Source: Octopus vulgaris
Lineage: Eukaryota
NCBI GenBank assembly: GCA_951406725.2
Contig: OX597838.1
Span: 33,976,001-34,040,000 of the forward strand
Length of the DNA: 64,000 nucleotides
Direction of reading: 5' to 3'
The notes under the pieces were generated by a model, which saw only the letters and a list, made by a program, of their open reading frames with translations, did no database searches and was not told the DNA's origin. Positions 13,245 to 26,792 of this stretch are shown piece by piece. A program made the translations under genes and the position numbers. Each line of letters opens with the position of its first letter. Position 1 is the first letter of the stretch.

Positions 13245-13756
13245 TCTCACTGAGATATACAATCTATTTAGCAAAATTGGGACCAGAAAAGGAAGCAGGG
13301 AAAATAGAGAGAGAGAGAAGAGGAAATTTCTATTACATCGTAGACAATGAGTTATTGTGTATAACCATCAAACGTACAATATTGGCGATTGCGGTGGGGG
13401 TAGTGGTGGTGGTGGTGCGGCTGCTGCCGTTGGCAGCGGCGGGATGGACGGACCGAAATTGTAAAGAGTGGAAATACTTTGGTCTACTTGGAATTGGACT
13501 GAACAAAAAGGGAAGGATAGAAAGACAGACAGAATAAGATACACATGTATGGATGTTTATAGTGTCTGTCTGTCTGTCTGTGTGTCTATATTTCTGTATA
13601 CATACACATACATGTATATATGCACATGCATATCTATTTACCTATCATTCTGAATAGATGCAGTGGTCTGTCTGTCTGTCTGTCTGTCTGTCTGCCTGTC
13701 TGTCTGTCTGTCCGTCCGTCCGTCCGTCCGTCCGTCCGTCCGTCCATATATCTATA

Positions 13757-13801
<45 letters not shown>

Positions 13802-15821
13802 GTCTATCCATCTATCTGTCTGTCTATCTATCTATCTCTACACACACACATATATATTTCTTTACTGCCCACAAGGAGCTAAACACAGAGGGGACAAACA
13901 AGGACAGACAAACGGATTAAGTCGATTACATCGACCCCAGTGCGTAACTGGTACTTACTTTATCGACCCCGAAAGGATGAAAGGCAAAGTCGACCTCGGT
14001 GGAATTTGAACTCGGAACGTAATGACAGATGAAATACGGCTACGCATTTCGCCTGGCGCGCTAACATTTCTGCCAGCTCGCCGCCTATATATATACACAC
14101 ACATACAGTATTACTTTGACTATCGCGGTTGTTACCTTCCAAAACCCCCCATCATCATCATCATCGTTTAGCGTCCGCTTTCCATGCTGGCATGGGTTGG
14201 ACGGTTCAACTGGGGTCTGGGAAGCCAGAAGGCTGCACCAGGCCCAGTCTGATCTGGCAATGTTTCTACGGCTGAATGCCCTTCCTAACGCCAACCACTC
14301 CATGAGTGTAGTGGGTGCTTTTTACGTGACACTGGCACAGGTGCCAGACGAGGCTGGCAAACAGCCACGATCGGATGGTGCTTTTTACGTGCCACCGGCA
14401 TGGGGGCCAGGCGAGGCTGGCAACGGCCACGATCGGATGGTGCTTTTTACGTGCCACCGGCATGGGGGCCAGGCGAGGCTAGCAACGGCCACGATCGGAT
14501 GGTGCCTTTTATGTGCCACCGGCACGAGGCCAGTCAGGGCGGTGCTGGCAACGGCCACATTCGGATGGTGCTTTTTACGTGCCACCATGATAGGAAAAAA
14601 TCCATGAAGTAGAAACTGTTCTGTATATTTTTTAAAAGATTATTTGTGTAATTTGTATAGATTTATTTTATTATAAATGCAAAACAACACCACGGAGGAA
14701 TCGACAAAGGCTTAAATAATAAACCACGATAGGGGAACCGCAATATGGCAGGGGATTACTGCATATATGTATACACACACACACACACACACATACAGGG
14801 AGAGAGAGCGATACATACATACACATTTATATATATATAAATATAGGAGTGGCTGTGTAGTAAGTAGCTTGTTTACCAACTACATGGTTCCGGGTTCAGT
14901 CCCACTGCATGGCACCTTGGGCAAGTATCTTCTGCTATAGCCTCGGGCCGACCAAAGCCTTGTGTGTGGATTTGGTAGACGGAAACTGAAAGAAGCCCGT
15001 CGTATATATGTATATATATATATATATATATGCGTGTTTGTGTGTCTGTGTTTGTCCCCCTAGCATTGCTTGACAACCGATGCTGGTGTGTTTATGTCCC
15101 CGTTACTTAGCGGTTCGGCAAAAGAGATCGATAGAATAAGTACTGGGCTTACAAAAGAATAAGTCCCGGGGTCAAGTTGCTCGATTAAAGGCGGTGCTCC
15201 AGCATGGCAAAAGAGACCGATAGAATAAGTACTGGGCTTACAAAAGAATAAGTCCCAGGGTCGAGTTGCTCGATTAAAGGCGGTGCTCCAGCATGGCCGC
15301 AGTCAAATGACTGAAACCAGTAAAAGAAAGAGAGAATGAGAGAAAAGAATTCATAAATGTTATGTGCACACACACACACACACACACACCCACATACTGG
15401 AGAATCGGAGATAGTCCGATAGAAAGAGAGAATGAGACTTAGGCACGGAAGAACACTAAAATGTAATAACAGTTTGGAATTATTAGAACTGGATATAAAT
15501 GGGTAGGATGAAGGGGAGGGGGAAACGACAACTCAGGGTGGGGGTTATCTCTGTGTGGGTGTGGCTTCCTATTGATTCATTCACTGATCAGTTGATTGGT
15601 ATTGATTTTTTTTCTTGCACAAATACAAGGTTTCATATTTACAAAGGGACCAGTAGTGAATAAGAAATTGATTGATAATAATAATAATGATAATAATAAT
15701 AAGAATAAAAATGATGAGAAAAAATAAGTTTAGAATAACATATATACACACACACACACACACATATATGTACATACACACATGCCTTCATATAATATAT
15801 GCACATATTCAGACGCATATG

Positions 15822-15865
<44 letters not shown>

Positions 15866-18800
15866 ACATACATATATAGACACACACACACACACATGGG
15901 TAAAATTATGTGATTTTACATATATACACACACACACACATATATATATAGACAGGCACATATATATGTGCACGCACACACGTACGCATATATATTCGTG
16001 TGTTTTTACATGTGAACAGACTTTCTGTTAGAAAATGATTTTCGTGATTAAAATATTTTCCCAAACAACATTTTGCAAGTAGAATACACAAAGCTAAGTC
16101 ATCTTGCTCTTTATCTTCCACCACTTCCACCACTACCCTTGCCAAAAGAATTATTATCAGCAGAGAAATTCTGAAGCTGCAGATAAAAGCAACAACAATT
16201 CTAGGAGAGGAGATAGACCAGTTTACGTTCTGAGTTCAAATTCCACCGAGGTCGACTCTGCTTTTGTCCTTTCGCGGTCGATAAATTAAGTACCAGTTAT
16301 GCACAGGGGTCGATGTAATCGACTTAATCCATTTGTCTGTCCTTGTTTGTCCTCTCTGTGTTTAGCCCCTTGTGGGTAGTAAAGAAATAGGTATTTCGTC
16401 CGTCTTTATGTTCCTGAGTTCAAATTCCACCGAGGTTGACTTTGCCTTTCATCCTTTCGGGGTCGATAAATTAAGTACCAGTTATGAACAGGGGTCGATG
16501 TAATCAACTTAATCCATTTGTCTGTCCTTGTTTGTCCTCTCTGTGTTTAGCCCCCTGTGGGTAGTAAAGAAATAGTTATTTAGCCCTTGAGTCAGCCCCG
16601 ATTCAGCAGGCCCTTTTATTAAGGGGCATTTCAACTGGGACTATTATCATCATTATCATAACGCCCATTGTCCATTCTAGCACCAGACTTCAGTCTGATT
16701 TCACATGATTTCTATGGCTGGATGCCCTTCCTAATGCCAACCACTCCAAGACGGTAATAGGTGCCAGTTGTATGACACCAGTACCTGTGATAACCATGAT
16801 TTCACTTGACTTGACGTGTAGTTAAAATGTGAGCCCATCTCATTCACATTATTGTCACCCTCTTGATGTAAAACCCAACAAAAGAAGTATATTCTTTGTT
16901 TATATATAACATGCAGTTATATCATTAAGTATTGTTACATACAGAATGAAAGTGAAGTGGAGCAAACCAATATATAGATATATAATAGCAATGTAATCTT
17001 AGTACTACTTATGTTAAAGCAATTAGCATACATATGCAAATGTGCCCTACCAACTTTGTTTCCTCATAACGTCCAGGAAAATAAATATTTTGTAATGAAA
17101 TTTTCTACAATTACGTTTCACCTTATGTAGAGTCCAATTACATGAGAATTTATTTCCAATTCTGTCTTCATTGTGCCAATCTTTTCTATCTTGGCCCAAA
17201 TTGTTTAATTAAATTGTCTTCCCATCATTATCAAGGCTTTCTGAGTGGCTTTTTCTGATTTCTTGGATATCGCTCAGCAACTTCACAAGTCCACCTTATT
17301 GTCTGTGAACATTACAAGAGTGGAACTTGTGCTTCCAGTATTCTGCAATCGTGTTGTTCATTCCACTCCATTCTTGAATTATCTCATTTCTGATATCATC
17401 ATCATTTAATGTCTGTTGTCCATGCTGCCATGGGTTTGACTGGGCTGGCATGCTGCACCAGACTCCAGTCTGATTTGGCGTGGTTTTCATGTACATGATA
17501 ATACTTCCAATCAGTTAAGATCAGAAGCCACGAGAGCCACTGCCTGGTACTGCATCAGGGCATTATTATTATTATTATTATCGTTTTCATTATCATCATC
17601 ATCATCATTATCTGCCAAGGTTGGCTTTGCCCTTAATCCTTTCAGAGTTGATAAAACAAGTACCAGTTGTGAACTGGGGTTGATGTAATCAACTTGCCTG
17701 CTTCCCATAAAATTTCAGGCCTTGTGCCTATAGTAGAAAGAATTATTATTGTTATTATTCCAGACATTGCATATCTGGAAATCCATTATTTTATTATTTT
17801 TTTTTTTTTATTAAAAATTTTTTTTTTTTTTTTGATGCTGCAAATTTGAGATGAAATGACAGAGATTTATTTATGAAAGAAATTACTGAATAGAAACTAA
17901 AACTGATCTTGTGCAGCAAGAAACTGGTTCTATAGAAATACCATAATAAGCTTATTGAAATCTAGAAGCATTACAAATCTAGGATTGTATTCCAACTACC
18001 AAGTTTTTATATTTTCAGCTTTATCAATAGTTCTGTCTAGAGATTCTGAGGGTGGTGGTCAAGGTAGGAGTGAAGGTTTCTTTGTTACTTAGACATCAAT
18101 AATTATAGTGGAAGCCAGCAACAGGCAATCATTCCAAGTATTTTATATTTTATTTTTTTGTTTGTTTTCACTCGTTGGATTGTGGCCATGCTGGGGCATC
18201 GCCTTAAATCGTTTAGTTCAAACGAATCGACCCCAGTACATATTCTTAAGTCTGGTACTCGTTTTATCGGTCTCTTTTTGCCGAACCACTAAGTTACAGG
18301 GGACGTAGATGAGCCAACATCTGTTGTCGGGTGGTGGTGGGGGACAAACACAACACAGATGTTCATAGATACACACATATATACAATGGGCTTCTTTCAG
18401 TTTCCATTTGGCAAATCCACTGACAAGGCTTTGGTCAGCCTGAAGCTATAGTAGAAGACAGTTGGCCAAGGTGTTGTACCATGCAGTGGGATTGAACTGA
18501 AGACCATATGGTTGAGAAGCAAGCTTCTTAACCACACTGCCATACCTGCACCTATATCTGTTTTTATAATTTTATCCGGGGGGAGGGTGCAGAGTCCATG
18601 ATTTCAGAGGTTTTTCATCAAGTTGAGATTTATTTTTATGTGATTGAAGCCTAGTCTGTTTGTCATACCATGTGCATGTATGGACAAATGGACGGATAGA
18701 TGCATGCTTGCTTGATTCTCTGTTCAAAGAGAGCAAAATCCAAATAAGAATCGTTACATGATAAACAAATAACTTGTTGCAGAACAATCATCTCAAGGGA

Positions 18801-20827
18801 CTCTGTGAAGTACTGGCTTTTTTGGTTTTCTCGTGCATACATGACAGAGTGTAAGTGCCCTGAGAGAAAAGTTGGATTTAAGAAGCATCAGATGTGGTGT
18901 GCAAGAGAGATGACTGCGCTGGTATGGTCATGTGTTGCAAATGAATGAGGACAGCTGTGCGAAAAGTGTCACACCCTAGCAGTTGAGGGAACCTGTGGAA
19001 GAGGTAGACCCAGGAAAACTTGGGATGAGGTGGTGAAGCATAACCTTCGAACATTGGGCCTTACTGAGGCAGTGACTAGTGAATGGGACCTTTGGAGATA
19101 TGCTGTGCTTGAGAAGACCCGACAAGCCAAGTGAGACCATAGCTCATGGCCTATGCCAGTGGATGTAACCAGCCCATTTATGAATACCCCTCATTTATTG
19201 GACAATAAACCTTGCTTGTGAAGACATTGAGGCAAGTGAAATCAAAATGCTGACATGGTCGATGACTACCTCCCGATTGGCACTCATGCCAGTGGAACAT
19301 TAAAAGCACATCCAAACGTGGGGTGTAACCGACCCACTTATGAGTACCCCTCAATCATTGAACTTTGCTTGTTTGAGAAGACCTATTGAGGCAAATGTAA
19401 ACAAATCAAAATCGCTGACGAGGCCAATGACAGTACTGCCTGATTGGCACTCATGCCAGTTGAACATTAAAAGCATATCCGAGCGTGACCGTTGCCAGGG
19501 CCACGGATTGGCTCCCATGCCGGTGACACATGAAAAGCAGCATTTGAGCGTGCTCATTGCTAGCATCGCTTTACCAGCACGTGTAAAACAACATTCGAGC
19601 ATGATCGTTGCCAGCGTCACTTTACTGGCACATGTGCTGGTGGCATGTGAAAAACAACATTCGAGCGTGGTCGTTGCCAGTACTGCCGGACTGGCTCCTG
19701 TGCAGGTAGCATGTAAAAACACATTTTGAGCATGGTCGTTGCCAGTACTGCCTGACTGGCCCTCATGCCGGTAGCATGTAAAAGCACCCACTACATTCTT
19801 GGAGTGGTTGGCATTAGGAAGGGCATCCAGCTGTAGAAACTTTGCCAGCCTCTGGCTCACCAGTCCTGAGTCAAACCGTCCAACCTATGCCAGCATGGAA
19901 AGTGGACGTAAAGCGATGATGATGATGATACATTATCAACAGATACACACACACACACACATGATTGGCTTCCAGATAATTATCAACTCCCAGAGTTATT
20001 ATTTTATATATATAACTTAAAAGAATAGAGATTTAGAACCTCCTGATTCCAGGTTCATTCACACTGCATGGCACTTTGGGAAAGTGTCTTCTGCTATAGC
20101 CTTGTGTTGACCAAAGCCTCATGAGTAGATTTGGTAGACTAAAAGAAGCCTGTTGTATATATGCGTGTGTATGTGTATGTGTTTGTCCCCCACCTGTGTT
20201 GGTGTATCTATGCCCCCATAATTTAGCAGATCATTACAATAAGTACCAGGCTAAAAAAAGAAAAAAAAAGTATAGGTGCAGGTATGGCTGTGCGGTTAAG
20301 AAGCTAGCTTCTCAACCATATGGTCTTCAGTTCAATCCCACTGCATGGTACAACATTTTGGCCAACTGTCTTCTACTATAGCTTCAGGCTGACCAAAGCT
20401 TTGTCAGTGGATTTGGCAAATGGAAACTGAAAGAAGCCCATTGTATATATTGGGTTTGGCTAACATTTCTTCAAGGTGGTGCCGTAGCATGGCCACAGTC
20501 TAATGATTGAAACAAGTAAAAGAGTAAAGTAAAGATAAATCAGGTTTCTGTTAAGGACTTCTGAACTGAAAAGAAAGGAAACGGTCTGTTTAACGTAAAT
20601 GCTAAATTGATCTTATGTCAAGACAAAAGGAAAATCTCTCGTTTCATTCCAATTCTATACTCAGTCATATCGTATATGGCAGCGAGGGACTTGGGTCCTT
20701 TCTGACTGAACTTTTCCTTCCTTTAGCTGTGTACAATAGATTTCTTTAGATGAAAGAAAAGAAGAAAACAAAAACCCCAGCATTCTGTATTTAACAACAC
20801 TGGGATCTGATAATTATAATTAAAAGA

Positions 20828-20865
<38 letters not shown>

Positions 20866-20868
20866 ATA

Positions 20869-20929
<61 letters not shown>

Positions 20930-23900
20930 ATCCAAACAAGAAAACACAAAAAAAACACAACGCGAGGACGTGGAACAAATATAGTATTATTGGACGCTCA
21001 GGAAAGAAGGAGGGTTTAACGTTTCGAGCGGAGCTCTTCGTCGGAAACATAGGAGAAGGAAAGAACCAGAGAAGGGAAGACGGAGGAAAAAAAATCGCCA
21101 ATGGTACACACGAGGTCACATTTTGAAATATATATATATATATATAATGTAGTATCTTGGATTAATGAGTATACGTTAGTTTGCTGATGTATTGAGTAAA
21201 GCACTCACACGAGTTCAGGCTACCTGGTGTCATCCGCAGTCGGCAGTGTTAGCTCCCTAAAGGAAGCAGGCAAATAACAACATGATGTACTCAAACTCAA
21301 GATCTTTAGTGAGACACCACTTTATGTATGAATGTACCTGATGTGACCTTGACTGCACATCCTTTTATATATATATTATTAAAGCTGCAAAATTATAAAA
21401 CTGTTCCTCAGAGTTTCACTTACCCATTCATCAGACAGTTGTGATAAATACTCTTATGTGTTCACCTGTGTGTGTGTGTATGTGTGCATATATATATATC
21501 ATCTGAGCATGATCGTTGCCAGAGCAGCTGACTGGCTTCCATGCCAGTGGCACATAAAAAGCACCATTCGAGTGTGATTGCTACCTGCGTCGCCTTACTG
21601 GCACTTGTGCTGGCGGCACATGAAAAAGCACTCAAGCGAGGTCGGTGCCAGTGGCTTTAATACTTTAATACTGAAACTATTAAAGTGAAACTATTATCTC
21701 ACATATATACAGGCATATATACATACATATATATAATATATTTATATATTATGTGTGTATATATATATAGATATACATGTATATGTATAGATGTATATAT
21801 AGATATAAATGTATATGTGTAGATGTATATATATAGAGGTACATGTAATATGTACACCTATATATACATATACATAGGTGCAGGTGTGGCTGTGTGGTAA
21901 GAAACCTGGTTCCAAAACACATGGTCCTGGGTTCAGTACCACTGTGTGGTGACTTGGCACGTGTCTTCTGCTATAGCCTCAGACCAACCAAAGCCTTGTG
22001 AGTGGATTTTGTAGACAGAAACTGAAAGAAATCAATTGTACATATATGTATGTATATATATATAAGTGTATGTATGTGTCTTTGTCTTTGCGTTTCTCCC
22101 TCATCACTGCTTCACAACTGTTGTTCGTTTATTTACATCCCCATAACTTACTGGTTTGACAAAAAGAAACCGATAGAATAAGTACCAGGCTTATCAAAAT
22201 AAAAAAAAGCACTAGGCAGTGTCTCATATTTTTGTTTGCCCACTCAGTTTTATCTTATCAATCTATCTTTTGTGTGTGTGTGTGTGTGTATATATATGTA
22301 TATGTAATAAATACACATACACACACATGCATGTATGTATATGTGCATATTCACATCTATTATATAAAAGTCAATGTCTTTATGTGTGTTCGTGTGTTAC
22401 TTATACATTCAAAAACTATGCCAATACTGGCCATTTTGTAGAATGTACTGGGTGTATTTTTGTTCCACCTATGCTAATGATGCTGTCATGCAGTTTACAG
22501 TACTACAAACCCTTTAGGAGGTGACTTTGTGCTAGGATAGGGGTTTTCATCCAGGGTCCACATGACCCTCGGGAGTTCATATAAGATTTTGTTGTTGAAT
22601 TTATCTGCAATAAATTGTGAAGACGCATGGCTCATGAGGTAGTGAGTTCAATTCCCAGACCAAGTTGTGTGTTGTATCCTTGAGCAAGATATTCTATTGC
22701 AGGTTGCTCCAGATCACTCAGCTGTAAAAATGAGTTGTGGCATGACTGGTGCCAAGCTGTATCAGCCTTTGCCTTTCCCTTGGATAACAGTGGCATGGAG
22801 CGGGGAGGCTGGTATGCATGGGTGACTGCTGGTCTTCCATAAACAACCTTGCCCGTACTTATGCCTTGGAGAGGAACTTTCTAGGTGTACTCCCGTGGTC
22901 ATTCATGATCAAAAGGGGTCCTTTAAATTGGTTATATTTCTATAATTAAGGCGGCGAGCTGGCAGACATGTTAGCGCGCTGGGCGAAATGCTTAGCGGTG
23001 TTTCGTCTGTCGTTACGTTCTGAGTTCAAATTCTGCCGAGGTCGACTTTGCCCTTCATTCTTCCGGGGTTGATAAATAAAGTACCAGTTTCACACTGGGG
23101 GCGATATAATCGACTCAATCCCTTCGTCTGTCCTTGTTTGTCCCCTCTATGTTTAGCCCCTTCTGGGCAGTAAAGAAATATATATTTCTATAATATACAA
23201 AATATTTTAACAATTTCTTTTTATTATACAATTCCTAAATAATATTTAATTACAAAATCATAATAGAACTCTTTAAACATCAAATGGCTATGAGGTTCCC
23301 ACCAGAGTAAAACAGGAGTCAAAGAGGTCCATCGGTAGTAAATGGTTAAGAACCAGTGCACTAGGAGGAAAGTAGGTTTAAAGTATGAAAGGGTCAGAGC
23401 AGAAAAGGTTTCTTTCTATAAAGCAGTTACATTGCTACATGCATTTTGGAGTGGAGTTGGAAGCAAAGAAGTAATATCATCATCGTGATCATCGTTTAAC
23501 ATCCGCTTTCCATGCTAGCATGGGTTGGACGATTTGACTGAGGACTGGAGAACCAGGCTCCAATCTGATCTGGCAGAGTTTCTAACGCCAACTACTCACA
23601 GAGTGTAGTGGATGTTTTTATGTGCCATCGGCACGAGGGCCAGTCAGGCGGTGCTGGCAACAGCCACGCTCAAATGGTGCTTTTTATGTGCCACCTGCAC
23701 AGGAGCCAGTTCAGCGGCACTGGCAACGACCTCACTCGAATGTTTTTTTCATGTGCCACCAGCACAAGTGCCAGTAAGGCGACGCAGGTAACGATCATGC
23801 TCGAATGGTGCTTTTTACGTGCCACCGGCATGGAAGCCAGTTTGTTGCTCTGGCAACGATCACGCTCGGATGGTACTCTTATCGCTCCACTAGCATGGAT

Positions 23901-24723
23901 ACCAGTCATCAAATTTGATTTCGATTTCACTTGCCTCAACAGGTCTTTGCAAGCAGAGTTTAGTGTCCAATGAAGGGAAAGTGCGCATAAGTGGGCTGGT
24001 TACACCCCTAGCATAGGCCACGAGGTTAGGGTCTCACTTGGCTTGCCGAGTCTTCTCAAGCACAGCATATGTCAGTGAATAATGATAAAAGAGTGGAATA
24101 AAAAGAATAAAGACTAAACTGGAAGAAGAGAAAAATAAAACAAAAAAATAACAAATTTTTGAACCAAAACACTAAAAATTGATAAAAAGAAACTTGAATA
24201 ATGGTTGTCTTAACATTTTTGTTTTACCTTTTTTCCAGGGGTTTTTCTTCCAGCTTTCTGTGATCCTAGTGAATGCCGGGGCAAAGACAGTAAGCTGAAC
24301 AAACCTTTATGTATAGCTTGGAACAGCCAAGGACGAAACCATTACATTCCTCTTGTGGGGATTCAAGGTAACTGTTACAAACCTTCTAAATCTTCTATGA
24401 GCCACATTGCCTTTGAGATTTTGTGTGTGTGTGTGTGTGTGATAATCATTATTGTTCTTGTTTAGTATCTACTATGACATGTTCTCATGGGTCTGATGGA
24501 ATTTTATTGAGGTTGATTTTTTATACATTATTTACATTCGACGGATATTTGTCCTCATCTTGTTTGTTGTTAACACAACGTTTCGGCTGATATACCCTCC
24601 AGCATTCTTCAGATGTCTTGGGGAAATTTCAAAGCTGGGTTCTCATTCCTAAGGTATTTTTCTATGTTGTTGTTGTTATTATTATTAACAGTCTGTGAGT
24701 GTGTGTGTGTGTGTATATATATA

Positions 24724-24756
<33 letters not shown>

Positions 24757-24802
24757 GTGTGTGTGTGCATACATGAAGAAGTGCTGAAAAATTGTGTGCA
24801 TA

Positions 24803-24848
<46 letters not shown>

Positions 24849-26065
24849 TACACCTATGCATGCACACACAGAAACGTTAGCACGCCGGGCGAAATGCGTA
24901 GCCATATTTCATCTGCCGTTACGCTCTGAGTTCAAATTCTGCCGAGGTTGACTTTGCCTTTCATCCTTTCGGGGTTGATAAATAAAGTACCAGTTTCGCA
25001 TTGGGGTCGATGTAATCGACTTAATCCGTCTGTCTGTCCTTGTTTGTCCCCTTTGTGTGTAGCCCCTTGTGGGTAGTAAAAAAAATATATTATTATTCTT
25101 AGTATTCAGGTCACTGCTTGGAATCAAACTCGGAATCTTAGGGCTAGTAGCCCGCTCTCTTAGACCCTACTCCATATGCCTGTGGGCTGGAGGGTATATC
25201 AGCCGAAACGTTTTGTTAACAACAAACAAGATGAGGACAAATATCCGTCAAATGTAAATAATGTACATAATTCCTCATCTCTTAAATATAGAACTGTATT
25301 GATTTTTTATGACTTGGTGCCTTTCCTGAAGCCAACCCTCCTCACCTGTTTCCGTGTAAGGTAATATTTCCCCATGACTAGACATGTTTTTACAGAAGAT
25401 TGGAAATGGACGCCACTTGCATGGCCAACACTCGTTTACGAGTATCACAATGCCAAGGCAAGAAGATAGTAACACAAATATGCACATGTATTTACACATA
25501 TACACACACATGCATGCACATATGATGGGTTGCTGAAAAGTTTCTTGTTTTAAGGGTGTAGCGAAAGGCTTGGCTGGAGGCCCAACCTGCCGAGTTCTTT
25601 TACAAAGCTTAGAAAACCTTAAGGACTGCTGCAATAAGTGTGTGAATCTGAGAGAGGAATATCATCATCATCATCATCATCGTTTAGTGTCCGCTTTCCA
25701 TGCTGGCATGGGTTGGACGGTGCAACTGGAGTCTGGGAAGCCAGAAGGCTGCACCAGGCTCCAGTCTGATCTGGCAATGTTTCTACAGCTGGGTGCCCTT
25801 CCTAACGCCAACCACTCCATGAGTGTAGTGGGTGCTTTTTACGTGCCACCTGCACAGGTGCCAGACGAAACTGGCAGACGGCCACGATCGGATGGTACTT
25901 TTTACGTGCCACCGGCACGGAGGCCAGGCGAGGCTGGCAATAGCCACGATCGGATGGTGCTTTTTACGTGCCACTGGCACGGAAGCTAGTGTGTGCGTGT
26001 ATATATATGTGTGTGTGTGCATACATGAAGAGGTGCTGAAAAATTGTGTGCATATGTGTGTGTGC

Positions 26066-26113
<48 letters not shown>

Positions 26114-26155
26114 TCATCATCATCACGGACGTTAAACGACGATGATGATGATGAT

Positions 26156-26189
<34 letters not shown>

Positions 26190-26741
26190 TACACCCATGC
26201 ATGCACACACACACACATAATGGGCTTCTTTTCAGTTTCTATCAGCCAAATCCACTCACAAGGTTTTGATCCACCTGGGGCTATAGTAGAAGACACTTGC
26301 TCAAGGTGCCATGCAGTGGGACTGAACTTGAAACCATGTGGTTGGGAAACAAGCTTCTTACAACACAGCCTGCATCTATTATTGTTATTATTAAATTTAT
26401 TGATCTCCAGTGCTTGGCTTGCTACTTAATTTGTTAGTCTTTATTTATTGAAAGGCTAAGTTCACCTAAGCACAGAACTCACCAGGCTAACTATCTCAAA
26501 GTAGTTTTGCTTAGTTCACTGGTTTATTACTCTTTTAGTCTTTTACTTGTTTCAGTCATTTGACTGCGGCCATGCTGGAGCACTGCCTTTAGTGGAGCAA
26601 ATCGACCCCGGGACTTATTCTTTTGTAAGCCCAGTACTTTTTCTATCGGTCTATTTTGCCAAACCGCTAAGTGACGTGGATGTAAACACACCAGCATCGG
26701 TTGTCAAGCAATGCTAGGGGGACAAACACTGACACACAAAC

Positions 26742-26792
<51 letters not shown>

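Noticed and set aside
12478-13537. Long YI/CV/HT-rich ORFs (up to 233 aa)
   Set aside because: Translations of TA/TG microsatellites with no coding signal. The same applies to 44840-45195 and similar tracts.
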